Part shown: one piece after another, positions 1-14,578 of the stretch
Layout of the letters: the number at the start of each line of letters is the position of its first letter
Position numbering within the stretch: the stretch's first letter is position 1
Origin: Calcarisporiella thermophila CBS 279.70
Taxonomy: Eukaryota > Fungi > Calcarisporiellomycota
Assembly (NCBI RefSeq): GCF_041956535.1
Contig: NW_027192198.1
Location: 698,811 to 762,810, forward strand
Direction of reading: 5' to 3'
Length of the DNA: 64,000 bases
The notes under the pieces: generated by a model
What the model saw: only the letters and a program-made list of their open reading frames with translations
Database searches by the model: none
Told to the model about the DNA's origin: nothing
Made by a program: the position numbers and the translations under genes

Positions 1-2016
1 AAAACTCCTTCATTGGTTTTGAGTAATTCAATATTGGTAAATGATATTGAATGAAGCCAAGCCCAACGTGCTGTAAATCTGGGGGTTTATATGGGCCAAG
101 CTTTTGCATATGAAATTAGTCCCCCCCTAATTTAAGCAATTAAATTAATCGTGGTGTCCCCTGCAACTCCCCCCATTCCACCATCATGCCACGAATGGCG
201 CTCAAAACCATGCTACTACGTCACAAAGCGCAGTGTGGTGCAACTTTTCGTTAGATAAACTACAAGCTACAATAATACTTATATTTATATAAATGCTTTC
301 TCTGTGCCAGATCAAAAGGCCAAGGAAAGAGGAGAGGGGTTTCATGTGAAGATGACTTTCTTTTTGGAGAAAAACGGCTCTCCATTGAGTAATAATATGA
401 CAGCCAGCTGGCAAAAGTAGGTAGAGGTACAGCCGTTCTGATTCACCATTTCCAAACTTAAGACCTCTTTTAAATATTCACGCCTCGTGGAGGAGGCTGG
501 GACAACCGAGAATAATCATCACCATCGCCACAAAGAGAGTTTACATACAAGTTTTCAAAATAAAAAATCGCTTTTTCAGGCTTTCCATATAAGCAATTAT
601 GCAGGTGCCTATCGATGCAAAACTGAGCTATCTACTTATATTGTGTAGATTGTTGTGGCCGCGAGGAAAGACAGCATAAATTAAACAAGAGAAAAGCATA
701 TAAATAGAACCCTAAAGACTATCTAGTGTTCTGCACACAGCCAACTTCATAACGGTCCTCTAGAGATGGCTAGTTAATTCAAAATAGTCCATTTACCCAC
801 GCCAAGCTGACCTCCCCGCTTCTAGATACCATTATTGAAAATGCCTTGGGATATAAATGAATCGTATCCTTCTGCTTCAAATAAAAAATTAAATCATTAG
901 CTTTCAGTTTACAATGAAATCTTCTGACAGTCGGCTCGGGGATCAAATCTTCGATTTGTAGCCGTGGGCGGTTCAATGCGGAGCTTTCAATCAAAAACTA
1001 TGCAGTTTATGGCAGAAGTGGTGGCAAACTAAACCGATCAATAGTGATGACATAGAGTCCATGGAAGCTGGGCCATTTGTCATCGCCCTAGGTTGACGAA
1101 GTCCTATTCGCCTTTCACACCATCAACCCATACATCACAGCTCACTTGGTGTCATTTTCTGGCCTAAGGGTCATGCCACGGACTTCTTTAGACTCCGAAA
1201 TATTTAAGACAACCTGCATGCTTATTAATGTTACCTGAGAGGAGCCCTTTGCAAGAGTGCCTTCTCCTCTCCCCTCTCCCACTTCTAACTAAGACTATCA
1301 TTAAGAGGCGGAGTAAGATACAGAGGGAATATAGCTTACAATGAAAACCGGAGAGTTCATTTGGCCTACATCATATCCACCAAAAGGTGAACAAGAAATA
1401 TCCAACTTTGCATCTGACTAATTCGATGCCAAAACAAAAAGTGTGCCACAGTCAGCTTACATTCACCTAAAATTGATTGTCTCCATTATGTCTGGTGATC
1501 CCAATTACTAATAGCATAGCTCTTGCCAAAGGAGATAGGTAATTATACAAACTAGAGTAATTGAATCATCTACAAAAAAAATGATGTATTTCAACGAAAG
1601 ACAGCTTATTTGGGAATATTAAATGAAATACAAGGCCTTTAATCGCCTTCAAATTTCGGTTTTTGTGCATGAAATGCCTCCTGAGTGGATTAAGAGGGAT
1701 GAGAAAGGGTATTAGCTTAGAAGAAGTTGGCGTACACGACACGTACATCTTGCTTTTTTGTTCACATTGTGGAAACTGGTTCGGAATATTATGCTCGGAA
1801 AATCTCAAATGTGACGTAAGACACCTCAAAGACGAGCATGATGAAACAAAAGGTAAATTTTATCCATAGGATTATTATTAATCGATTTGAGAATACATCT
1901 ATAAATATGGGATGGGGTTTACACGTCCTCTCCCATAGCAGCTACTCATTCGTTCCAATCCTCACTATCTTAATAATCCCCATCAATACATTTATTAGTT
2001 AAATACACTTCCAGCA

Positions 2017-2553
2017 ATGGACAGTCTCTATTTCACTGCCGCCACCGTCCGCCGTACTTGGATCGTGTTCTTCATATTATGGATCCTCTACGGTCTCTCT
2101 GCGTAAGTCCCGAAATAGGATGAAAAAGGGCCTTCGGGGTGACTAATACTATCCTTTCTACCGTAATGTCTTGTTATTAGATTCCTCCGTTATGCTCTTG
2201 GTACCTCAGCTAAGGCAAAGAGTGATGAAGCCGGGACAGCGGGAGCAACAGCAGAATCTACTGAAAAAGGCATAACAGGCGTGGTTGGAAATGATCGCCT
2301 TCACCGCGCACACCTGGTTCTCCGTGACCTCGTCTTAACCCTTCTCTCTGCAATCCTTATCAATGGATTTGGACGTGTGACTACAATTGCAGTTGAGGCT
2401 CTCTCATGGTGTTTCCTCGGTCTTAGCTTGATTTGGGCGATCGTAGAGCTGGTGACAGAAAGCCGCCCAGCTCGCGCCGTTCTTGCCTTCCTTACCTATG
2501 GCATAGCTCTGGCTCTCTTCATCCTGGCGTTTGCATCAGGATGGCACCTTTAA
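2017..2553 (+). CDS. Small multi-pass membrane hypothetical protein (2 exons)
   Basis: ATG 2017 (MDSLYFTAATVRRTWIVFFILWILYGLS), GTAAGT...TTAG intron 2103-2180, then joins ORF 2281-2553 with 3 further hydrophobic segments. Confidence 0.75.
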
Positions 2554-3081
2554 TTACTTCCGGAAGGACCAAAGGCGTTGGAGATAATGAGACCCGGAAG
2601 AAATATCAACTGTAATTGTCGTTAATGTATTTCAAGAATATAATATTTAAATACTACTATCCTCCTTATGTATTGCTATCCCTTTCTTCAATGTCTCGTA
2701 TTTTTATTCATTGTAAGCTTCACTATGGTCGTCTATTATAACTTAGATTAAAGATTCTCTTTTGAAAATTTTCCTTCGCAAAAATCCCAGCAAGCACAAC
2801 AGTGGGCAGCACACCCATGCCTAAAAGGCTATGGGCATCCTAGGACGGCTGTCCAGTAACGAGAAATAGTAAAATGTCATTGACAGGAGGCGATTGAGTA
2901 TCGGCACTATGGTCCTGGTAGCAAGGAAGATTGCATCATTTTTGCATCAAGTCAAAACAGAGCTGGGACTTTTTTTTCAAATTGGATGATACCGGCCACA
3001 TCCACTCATTTTAGCTAAAATTTAAATTTCATAGATATTCAATTCGAGCTTATTTCGATAAACATTCTTCTTGGTACTATA

Positions 3082-4517
3082 ATGAATGGCCAGCTCGGTT
3101 CAAGTGAGCCTGGCTCATCCAAGATTGCCATCATCACCGGAGCCAACAGGTATAACTAGTCATCCATCTCATTGTCTTCGTTTTCAGCAATTAAAGACCA
3201 ATTTGTCACCGTTTTTATATTTATTTATTTCCTTGGGTAAAGTGGAGTAGGATTTGGTATAGCTCAGCGCATTTTGGAGCATGTAGCACGCACATCCGAA
3301 AAAATCACGGTTGTTTTAGCTTGCCGTAATCAAAAGCGGGCGCAAAATGCGCTTGATTCGCTTTTGTCTCAATACCCAGGGTCCGATATCAAGATATTAC
3401 TAGTGGATCTCTCGTCAGCAAAAAGCGTTTGGGCTGCATGTGAAGAGGCGAAAAAAAGGTATTATATTATCTATTTATTATTTTCCTGGAAGCGAGGTGA
3501 ATAAACCTATGATTTCTGCGGAATAGATTCTCGAGGATCGATTATTTGTTTTGCAACGCTGGGGTGCTCCCTATACAGAAATATGACTGGTGGCGAGCAA
3601 CCGGGCTGCTGACGCACCCTAAAGAATTCTTGTCCAGATCGGAAATAGTTGTGCAATCAGTTGGTGAAATGACTGAAGAGGGGCTAGGGTTTGCCTTTGC
3701 TGCAAATGTGTTTGGTCATTATTTGATGGTCAGTCATGTTGAAACATATTAGATTAGTTGACTTTGAAGATGACTGAAACCTCTCTTCGTTATTTAAGAT
3801 CCGGTACCTGGAAGACTTGATGGCAGCAGCAGGTGAAGCGCGAATTATTTGGACTGGCTCGTGTACCACTGAAGTCGACCACGTGTATGACCTAGAGGAT
3901 TATCAGGCAATAAAGAGGTACGCGGTCCAAATCTTTTTTATTTCAACCCCACTCACTTAATCTCTAACCCCTATGAATTGCTGCTTGGTTCAGTCAAAAC
4001 CCGTACGAGGCCACAAAGCATTCGGCCGATCTCATTTCAATTGCGTTGAACGATCGTCTTAATGGCCGAAACATTTATTCCTTTACTACCCACCCCGGCG
4101 TAGTAGTTTCAAGTATCGCCAATCTTCCCTATGCAATTGAAAGATTAAGATCGATTGCACACTACATTGTAAGGAGTTTTTTTTTTCGTGGGAAGGAGAG
4201 GAGGAAACAATCGTCCTTATTATAAATGATCTGCTAATCTTGCTATATTAACATGTCTATAGGCGCGCGTCGCTGGTCTCAATAATCAAACAATTTCGGG
4301 CTGGAACGGAGCCATTTCCAATATTTACGCTGCTTTTAAACAGCCCATCACGGTCCTTGATCCACGGTCGCAATATGGGAGCTACTGCTATCGTCTTGGT
4401 GAGCCATTTGTATGTGAAAATACAATCAAGCACTATGACGAAGATCTTGCAAAGAAGCTTTTGGAGAAACTAGACCGATTAGCAAACGCAATAGAACGAC
4501 AATACTCAAACAATTAG
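3082..4517 (+). CDS. ERG27: 3-keto-steroid reductase (SDR family, ERG27/HSD17B7-like), multi-exon
   Basis: IAIITGANSGVGFG Rossmann motif, VVLACRN, VDLS, LFCNAG, FAANVFGHY, IIWTGS, PYEATK (YxxxK), THPGVV; GT-AG introns. Confidence 0.85.
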
Positions 4518-5183
4518 GCTATTCTTAGTGGATACCATTTCTTTATTCTAGTTTATGGATTGAGTTTTAATACGATTATAACAAAATAATTATCATAATA
4601 ACATTAACGTTATGGCTGAGCCACAATTCGCTGTAATATGACCTAATATATCAGCTCCTATTCTATTTTACATGCATAACACTATATGGGCAAGGAAAGA
4701 TGAGTGCATAGAAATAAATTGACATGGCGAATGACAGATGCTACATCAGGTCAATCGATTGAGTAGAATTACATGTACAAATTTTTTTTCTCAAAGCTTA
4801 CTCAGGAGAGGATTGCAATGTCGGGATCATATATAATGCTAATAAAATAATTATGAATGGCGATCTTCCCATCCTTGGCGTGATCATTCACTTGTGGTTA
4901 TTGTACATTTTAAAGGATGCACTCTCTTCATTTTGATGTATACGGAGTCACTTTCATGCAAGTAACTCCTACTAACAAAGAGATATTAAAATAAGAGACC
5001 GGTCATCGACCTTTATTATCCAATGTGTATGGCACAGTAAATTCCTCCGTACAAGTAATGACAGCTTTTGAAAAAAAAGCAATTAGGCAAAAGTCGTGTT
5101 GGTACAATAAAACACAGTTTCCAAGAGAATGGTAAATTAATTTAACAAAGAAAAATGTCTGTAAAGAGAAAGCTATACTAGGG

Positions 5184-6931
5184 CTATACTGAGTATTCGG
5201 GAGGATCCAGCTCGGTTGCCAAAAATCCCGATGTAATGAGGGTGCCTATCGACTGCCTCCGCGAATACGATGGTAGTTCTGCTGATTCTTGAATAGAAAA
5301 CGCGTCGTCCACCGCCATGTTTCTGGTTGATCGAGGCAAAGCCGACGCTCTTCGGCTAATACTTTCGGGTGCAATATTCTGGTCTCTATCGGGGCCGGCC
5401 AATCCTTCACAAGCAACAAGACCACCCGCTGCTTCTCCAGAACCGAGACGAAGTAACTCACTGGGTAGCTCTTGACCCTCTTCCTGCCCTATTAGACTCT
5501 GGAGGATGCGCAACTGTTCACTTGCGCGTTCTCTGCGTGCTTGCTCTAGCTGCCGTTGCCAGTAGCCGACCTCGATCTCCATTGCACGTAGTTGGGGGAG
5601 GAGAATTTGGCGAAGAACACTCTCGAGCTTCATGCGGTAGCCGCGGAGATTTGCAATGGCGTTGGTGCAATTTTCAGCTAAAGGGTGGAGAAAATTTAGC
5701 ATTCTAGAGTCAATCTATAACTCGTGTTACTTACTGCTTGCGGATCCGGCTATTTCAGGCGAGGAAATTTCAGGTAAGAGTCTTCGTAATATGCTACGGG
5801 CTTCGTTATAACGAGCACATCCTTGCTCCGCTAGCTGCTTCGATACTAGAAAGTGAAAGAAGACAATTTAATTCATTTAAGCCAGTTAAGCTACAGAAAG
5901 CTTTAGAAGAATCCAGAGGCAAAGGCCCCAGTACTTACGTTTCCACCCACTAGAATTCATAGAGGAGGCCTCAATAAATGGGTTCTCTGCCCAAGCATCA
6001 AGAAACTTTTTCGCGCCAGGGACATGTGTCATGCTCTTTTCTATAAGATCCCGCGCGCTATGTGTGATGCGTTGTGCTCGTTTGAAATTCTCCAATTTAG
6101 CCATAAGCTATTAGACATTATTATAAATAAGATTAGTAATAGGATTAAGCTTAGGATGTAAATGTCTAATTGGACTACGGACAGCCGAAACTTACCACAG
6201 GGAGGCGAGACTCAGCAGCCAGGATTTCGGTGGTCAGAATACGCTCTACGGTGCTGCCTTGCTGATTGAAGTTAGCCAGGGCCTTTCATCAGTGAGAAAA
6301 TACATATTCATTATGTAAGAAAAGTTTAGTTGCCAGACAATGAATAGGAAGAGCTAACATGAAGAACACTCACCGTGTGGTAAAGGCTGTCCAGCTCTAA
6401 AAGAGTTTCCTCGTATTCTAGTTTCTTCTCGAGGAGATCTTCTTTCTAAACCAATTTGTCATGTGTGTTTAGCCTTGTGAATGCAGACTAAAGATTCAAT
6501 ACATTGAATACCAGTTTCTGGGCATCGATGAGTTCCCTCTCCAAACGCTTTACCCGCCGCTCCTGAATCTGTTCTCGCGCGATTGTGTTTCTGAATTCTT
6601 CCTTCCTCTCTCCCTTTTGGTCACCTTTCTCATCCCCTGTAGCTCCACCCCCGCTGAATAATTTTGTAAATGGGCGCGAATCTAGCTCATCAAGTGCTTT
6701 TGTAATGTTAAGGACATGTTTGCGTAGAAGTCCAAGCTGATGCTGCTCGCTTTGCAGACGGCGTTCCAGTACTTGGACGAGTTGGATTTGGGATTGAGAG
6801 GAAAATGGAGTGTGGGAAAGTTTGCTAAGCTTCGTGAAGAGGGAGCGGAAGCGCTGCACCTGTACATCGGTGGGTTCGGTGGATGGGAGGGCGGGTGGTG
6901 GGGAAGACGATGTGGATGGATGTTCTGGCAT
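5184..6931 (-). CDS. Hypothetical coiled-coil protein, multi-exon, C-terminal LPSY/PPEY motifs
   Basis: Colinear minus-strand ORFs 6488-6931, 5886-6104 and 5184-5702 separated by GT-AG introns; coiled-coil-like composition. Confidence 0.6.
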
Positions 6932-7402
6932 TTATTATCGCTCTCGATTTTAAAATTGATTCATATTTGTTAAAAATAACTGAAAAGCTAGAAATACATA
7001 ATCCTAGAGATTAAATGGAGAATTTGTGTTACCGTATTCCCTACCTATCCACTCATTTAGAAATTATGCGCCAAGACCACAAGGGATGTATCCGCAGTGA
7101 TCACCCTGTGAAAGAGAGCGACGGGCTTTTTTTTTTCTCATTCACTAGGAGTGCGAGTAGTTGTGAAAAAAAAAGCACATTTATTATTTTCGATATGGAT
7201 TTCCCAAAAATTAAACAAAAAAATAAATGGATCAAACAATGTAGTAAAGAAGAAAAAAAAGAGTAAGGTAGCATGTCGAGGATAACAACCAACCCGAAAG
7301 AAAAGTGGAACTGCTTGAGAGGAAATAAAAATAGTATCTTGCTGCGCAATAGAGAAAATTAGGACGAAACTAAATTCATTTATGACGTAAAAGATTTAGA
7401 TA

Positions 7403-8503
7403 TTAAAAGGTCGCTAGGTGCACAAGACGTTCAAGAGGATTGGGTACGGGGTAGGCATAGGGCTGGGGCTCCACCATGGCGCCATCGTCTTCGTCGTCGT
7501 CGCCCTCCTCATCCTCCTCTATCCTCTCGCGATCATAGCTATCTTCATCTTCGTCTTCATTCTCGTTTTCCTTTTGCTTCTTGGTTTGCTTGGGCTTCTT
7601 CTTTGCCGGCTTCTCCTTAATGGTCTTCACCTTTACATTCTGAGGATTTTCTACGGGGGCCGCCTCTGGTTGATGCGATGGGGCAGCAGCGGCGGTTGTG
7701 GTGGTGGGGTTGCTAGGAAGGAGCAAGGGAAGAGCGTCAAGAGCAGGCAACTGGCGCTTCTTCAAGTGAGGCAGCTGGGGGATGACCCGCATAACGTTGT
7801 TAAGCGGGTTCGGCACATTGTTGGGGTCGTAGTACGGCATCTTAACGTGGTGCTTCTTTTTCTTGTGGACCACCTCTTCCTCCTCCTCCTCTTCCGCGTC
7901 CTCGTCTTCATCCTCGTCATCATCGCCGTCGAATGGCTTTGACAGATCCTCTTTTTCGTACTTGCCGTGCTTGCCCTTGACCTTTTCGCGAAGCATACCC
8001 GGCGGCTCATCGTCTGAATCTGGGTCATCGTTCATAAATCCACGTTTGGACAGGCCTAGGAGCGAGGCCAGCAGTCCCTTAGAGGCGGGGGATGCTTGTT
8101 GCGCGGGATCTTGCGCCTTTATCACTGTGGATGGTTCGGGAGTTTGAACCGCGTCTGCGGCTTGATTGGGGTCCACTTGACGCTGGATATCCTGTGGATA
8201 TTGGGTGCCTGTTGGCTGAGGCACATCAGCAGTAGGAGTGGCGGATGTATTGTTCGGGCTACTACTCAGCGTAAAAAAAAATCCAAATATTTCCAGTTTA
8301 GCTCCATGCTAGAGCGACTTGTACGCATCAAAAGAGGGGTCTGCTTACACCAACAAAGCGCCTATAATAGGAAGCTTGCCCAAGATATCAAGCTGCCGTT
8401 TGTCAATTGGAAGGCTCTCAGTGCTTGATTTTTCCAAAGGAGCAGCTTGGGAAAGAGCGGTCATGCCCACCAGTGCCGATACAAGAAGGATGGATTGTTT
8501 CAT
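7403..8503 (-). CDS. Secreted acidic, low-complexity protein with KR (Kex2-type) sites, 2 exons
   Basis: Exon 1 from ATG 8503 reads MKQSILLVSALVGMTALSQAAPLEKSSTESLPIDKRQLDILGKLPIIGALL (signal peptide). A phase-2 GTAAGC...TAG intron joins it in frame to ORF 7403-8224. Confidence 0.75.
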
Positions 8504-9631
8504 GATTTTAAGTTCTATTGGGGCTCAAATAAAAATAAACAGGGGGTTCTACGAGTACACAAAAGAGCCTATTCACAAATCCAACGAATTGAAGTGGATG
8601 TGGTCAGAGAAGAGGGTAGAGTAGAGAACAGAAAGGAAAAAAAAAAGAAGAGATACGGAGGTTCAGCAGAGGTATTTAAGCATAAAATGGGTAAAAAATT
8701 TTAGAAAACAAAATTTCAAAAGAAGATCAGGCGAGTAGGCATTCAAATATATAGGCGGGTACAAAAAAGAAAGAAGAGGCGTTAATCGATCTCCTAATGG
8801 AGCGGAATGCTGGCTACAGGAACGCATTTTATTCAAATATTTGGTAAAGGTATGTGGGAGAGGGGACGTGGCCTTAGAGCGAAGAAAATGTCCTTGATAA
8901 ATCCGCAAAACCATTGGCCCAAATTTGGCTGTACGCATTTTGCTTACAGGGTCAATGCGCAGTAATCTACGGCTCGCAATCGATAATGCTGGAAAGAGAC
9001 TTGGCTCTAGAGAAAATCATTCCGGTGATCGTTCATTCCTTGGTTAGGCTAATACTATCCCTTTCTCCCCTTTGTATTATCCCGTTATCTCTTCCGGATG
9101 TTTTGTCGATGAAAAAAAAAAAGCCCCCATATTTTCAATCTCTCCTTCGTACTTGACTCCCAGAATTTTAATAAAGTGACCGTGGGCTATGTTTAAGTTC
9201 TGGTCCGTTTTCTAAAGTATAGGCAGAAAATCACATATGATAATGATAGAATATCCTTATGCAGGATTGCTCAAGCGATAAGGGTCGGTAGACATCACAA
9301 GGAATTTTCCAGTCAGTTAATTAGACTTTATTCATATAGCTTCGGGGAGGAGGGGAAAGGGTCCTGCACGTTTGAGGTGCTAGAGTATCGGTACTTGTTC
9401 CCCTCTTATAATGGAATTCTATTTCTTGAAATGGTTGCTCTTTTGACCCTCACAGATATACACCACCATAGAGAGTCGTTGTCGAAATCGGCTGGGGATT
9501 CCTCAGTCTATAAATATAGTTTTTATTTTCTCTTTGTTACAAGGAAAGTTCATTGAGCGACAAACTAAAAAGCAAGATAAAAGACAGGATGCAACGTGTA
9601 CGGGTGTAAAAGCTAAAATCAAAGATTAAAA

Positions 9632-11888
9632 TTAACGACTCCACTGCCTACTGCCACCTTCGGAAGATTCCTTGTGAATCAAATTATTCCTCTGCTTCAC
9701 ATACACATCTTTCCCATCCTTTTTCTGGTATCCTGCTCCGAAACCCCCGCCTCCGCCACGGCGTTGAACTCGGTCCGTTTTACCTGATGCTCCGATGTTG
9801 ATATTGACTTTGGGTGGGACAGGGAAACCAAACGCCTTGCCGACTTTAGCCAGGTCAAGCTCATTCACATCGAAAATCTTCTTGAGAGAATAGGACGCGT
9901 ACGCCTGAAGATACGAGCGATAGCCATCGCGGGCAGACTTGTTGAGATAATAGTTCTTCTCGATGAGTCTTTCCAACTGTAGAAACAATGGTACATGCAT
10001 ATTAATAACTGGAAAATATTGTGAAGCAATCCCCAAAAATAGCTACCTGTGATTGCACATTTGCGATCTTGTTTGCAGGAAATTGGTATTCATTCAAAGG
10101 TACTTTGGCATGCTTCAGGTAGCGGAGGAAACCGAGTTCGCTTGGGAGTAGGAAGAGTAAACTCTTGCCCATGCGGCCAGCACGGGCAGTTCGTCCCACG
10201 CGATGGATGTAATCACGCGGGTCATCCGGTGGATCAAATTGAATGATCCAGTCGACGGCGGGGATATCGAGACCACGCGCAGCAACATCCGTACAAAGTA
10301 GGATACCATGGTCTGCATTACAGAATTCAAAGAAAGTGTTCGTTCGCTTCTGTTGTTTTTGACGACCCTATTGAGGAAAAGAAAAAAAAAAACACGAGCC
10401 AGATATTAGTATCACACGTGGACCGAGGGAGCGAAGGGGGAAAAAATCGTATTTACATGAAGGTCCAACACTGGGATGTCGATGTAGTTGAGCAGCTCAC
10501 CGTGGTATTTGACGGAATTGCAGCTGGAGAAGAAGACAACGACCTTCTTCTTCAAATTCTTTTTCAGGAAGGTAAAGAGCAACAGGAATCGTTTGTCACT
10601 CTCACACACAACATATCCTTGCTCAAGGCCATCTGCCGTCGAGGTATCCTTTTTTTCGTCGACATTGATGTAAAGTGGATTGGGTTTAAGAGCAACACGT
10701 GCTAAATCGTCGACTTTGGTTGTCTGGGTCGCCGAAAACAAGAGAGTCTGGCGGTCTAGAATCGGGGGAGAGAGTAAATATATTTGCTGGCTATACTAGA
10801 AGCTTTCTTCCTATACCTTTGGGGAGGATTCTGATAATCTGTTTCATTTCTTCTTCGAAACCGACCTCTAGGATACGATCTGCTTCATCAATCACGAGCG
10901 CCTTCAAATTTTTAAATACAAATCCTTTGGTGTTCTGTAGAGAGAAAAACAGATTAATGGCGATTAGAAAAGAGCACGAGGCGCACCAAGAGTCAACCCT
11001 ACCATTAGATGATCCAGTAGTCGGCCAGGGGTTGCAATGATAAGATTGACTCCCTTAACCAATTTGTCCGCTTCAGCCTTGCGGTTGGCTCCTCCCATCA
11101 CTATTCCATAGGTTTGGTGATGGTATTTGAGCAAGTCTTTGGCCACTCCGAAGATTTGCAGGGCCAGTTCACGTGTTGGCGAGAGCACAATCACACCCGT
11201 TCCTGTGCGAGAAAACAACAGAAATGAAGTCCCTCTTTAAGAATACTTTTCCAGAAAAAAAAATCTGACTTACCATTTCGTGGTTTGAATTTGAGTTTAG
11301 ACAGGAGCTCAATGGCGGGAATAAGAAATGCCATCGTCTTTCCTGATCCGGTCTTTGCCGCGCCCAAAACATCACGCCCTGCCATGAGTGGGGGAATGGA
11401 GCGGGCCTGGATTTCGGTCATTTTCTTAAACCCAATATCAACGATCGCCTTCTTAGTGTTTTCAGACACATCCAGCTTATCAAAATCGTAATTGAGCTCT
11501 TTGGCTGCTTCATCTGTAACAATATAAAAGGGTTATATAGGAAAGATAGGTTGTGTCTACAAAAACTCTTCGTCAAAATACCTTCATCATTGGTGGCAAT
11601 ATCAGACGCATCCCAAGATCCAGAATCATCCCGTTGTGAATTATGATTTGCTTGCTCTTCTTCTTCATCTTCTTCGCTTTCTTCCGCATTCTCTTCTTCG
11701 CTTGCATCTTCAGTAGCCTCCACCTCTTCTTCTTTAATTTCTGGCTCTACCTCCTCTGGCTGCTCGACAATCTCCTCCTCCTTTTCAACCAACACTGCCG
11801 TTTTATCCTCCAACTCCTGCTTCTTCCGCTGCTTGGTCTCCCTTTCTACTCTCTTTCGTTTTGCACCACTTGATTTTACTTTTGGCAT
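9632..11888 (-). CDS. HAS1: ATP-dependent DEAD-box RNA helicase HAS1/DDX18
   Basis: [52 protein letters not shown] motifs; C-terminal [11 protein letters not shown]. Confidence 0.95.
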
Positions 11889-12636
11889 TGTATTTATTAA
11901 TTCGAATGGGGTGAAACTAGCTGTTTAGAGTAATCTATGTAAACAAATTCGTTCGAAAAAAGCTGTCACAACAAGCCACATTTTCTTCAAGCTTCTGGCA
12001 GTGGAAATTAGAGTCCGAATTGACGATGGCCTTCGAAATCGGTGCTGCCAAAATGCACAGTGGTTAATATGGATAAATCGAATCATTGAGTGACAAGCCA
12101 AGGAGAATGTCACTGCTATTTTTCAAGTTCTTGCCTAATCTCTGTTAAGTTAGCTTTGCATATGTTTGCAATTCGCTAATAAATGGACCTTTTTCGCCTT
12201 GTATTCTGGATGTGGATATGGATACCTTAAGCAAGCTAGGTGATGGTTGGCCTCAGATAATAGTCCCTCTCAGTTTATCTTGATTGAAACAACTCTTTAC
12301 ATTAAATACTTTCAAACGGATAAAATGGTAAAATAAGGGTATTGTCTTACTTATATAGCAGCTAAACTCGCCCTTGAGAAATGTATATTTTATTTTGGGA
12401 CAACAATAACTCCAGAGGAATTTAAAAGTTTGTATAAGTTTATGGACCCTTATTCAAACCAGTGTCATGGATTCACGGTGAGCCAAAATGATCGAGGAGG
12501 GAGCTGTCCTGCACTTGTAATAGTCACTTGAAAATGGGAAGGCGCAGCTTAATACTTTTTGAATCACAAAAAATAACAACAAAAATTTTTGCCTATAAAA
12601 CGTGAATAACTCCAATAGACAGACAAACACGAAATA

Positions 12637-14298
12637 ATGTTGGACATTAATTTACTTTTGGCTGATAAGGGCGGAGACCCAGAGCTTGTTCGCGAGTCGC
12701 AGCGTCGTCGCGGTGCTCGGGTCGAGCTCGTTGATGAGGTCATTGAAATCTATAAAGAATGGGTCATAGGTATATTGAAGTGTCTTGTCAAATCTTGCAG
12801 AATGGACTCATCAGATGAGATGTTTCTGGTCATAACTAGTGCGGTTCGATCTCGATCAGATCAACAAGAAAATGAATGCTACACAGAAGGCGATTGGACT
12901 TAAGATGAAGGTGAGCTCTGCATGGATTGTTCGCGCAGGTTGGGATTTAAACTCATCCTTTCACAGGCCAAAGAAGATGCCAGCGAACTTGTGGCCGAAA
13001 AGAACAAACTACAGGAAGAGAAGGAGGCACTCACGATCAAGGTGGCTGAAAAGGAGGAGGACTGGAAGAGAAAACTGGCAACAATCGGCAACATCGTGCA
13101 CACCTCCGTTCCCACTTCGATGGACGAAGCAAACAACGAAATAATCCGCACATGGAATCCTGATGGACTAGTGCCCGAAAAGAAGACGACCATTCATCCG
13201 CATCACGAGGTATTATACCGTATCGACGGATACGAGCCAGAGCGTGGAGCAAATGTCGCTGGCCACCGAGGATATTACCTTACAGGCAACGGCGTGGACT
13301 TGAACATGGCTCTTGTTATGTATGGCCTGAACTTTTTGGCTAAGAAGGGCTACAAGAAGATCCACACACCCTATTTCATGCGAAAAGATGTAATGGCAAA
13401 GACGGCACAACTCGAGCAGTTTGACGAAGAGCTGTATAAAGTATGCTTTTCCCCTAGAGATCCACGTTAAAGTCCAATGATTAATCGGTTTATTCCCTGA
13501 CTGCTCCCCCATTAGGTGACCGGCGAGGGTGAAGACAAGTATTTGATTGCCACTTCAGAGCAGCCCATCTCTGCATTCCACTGCAATGAATGGTTTGAGA
13601 AACCCGCCGAACAGCTTCCTCTCAAGTGAGTATCCCCATCCCCCCCCATGTCTAACACTTTGGAGTAAATAATCAACCGATGGATAGATACGCCGGTTAC
13701 TCGACCTGTTTCCGCAAGGAAGCTGGTGCCCACGGCAAGGACACATGGGGAATTTTCCGCGTGCACCAATTTGAGAAGGTCGAGCAATTTGTGTTGACAG
13801 AGCCCGAAAAGTCCTGGGAGATGTTCAACGAGATGATTGCCACCTCCGAAGAATTCTTCCAGTCGCTCGGCCTTCCCTACCGCGTGGTCTCGATCGTCTC
13901 CGGGGCACTGAACAACGCCGCCGCCAAAAAATACGATCTTGAGGCTTGGTTCCCCTTCCAGGGTGAGTACAAAGAGCTGGTGTCCTGCAGCAACTGCACG
14001 GATTACCAGTCTCGTCGTCTCGAAATCCGATGCGGCGTGAAGAAGATGGGTGATAGAGAGAAGAAGTATGTGCACTGTCTGAACTCCACCCTGTGCGCAA
14101 CAACTCGTTCTCTGTGCTGCCTGCTCGAAAACTATCAGACCCCTGAGGGTGTAGTCGTCCCCGAAGTATTACGGCCTTACATGGGCGGGCGGGATTTCAT
14201 TCCGTTCGTGCGGGATGCTCCCAAGAAGGTATGAGTCACTTCGGTTTAGCCCTTTTCTTATTTTCAGCTAATGGTACTTTATCACCCTCTAGAAATAA
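12637..14298 (+). CDS. SES1: Cytosolic seryl-tRNA synthetase
   Basis: [74 protein letters not shown]; last mini-exon AAA TAA at 14293-14298. Confidence 0.95.
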
Positions 14299-14578
14299 TT
14301 TGGCAACTTAATTTAGACGCAAATATCCTGATGAAGATTGGGTTGACACTGATAAATAAAACGCTTCTCTTTTTCACACGCCAAATTTTTGTTTATCGAT
14401 TTGTTTCTTGATGTCTTTGCATTCGACTTCTATTTAGGGTGTCTTCGAAAAAAAAAAATACACGATTAATTTAGCTCTTCTCCAATTTCTCTAAAGGTGG
14501 CTTCGAATTCATGTATAAAAAAGGGCACAAATTCGAGAATCATCAAATCAAAAATCGTAATAAGCTAGGAATTATCGA

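Noticed and set aside
1-2000. Short ORFs in the first 2 kb
   Set aside because: No recognisable motifs or consistent exon chain; may be decayed sequence but cannot be supported.
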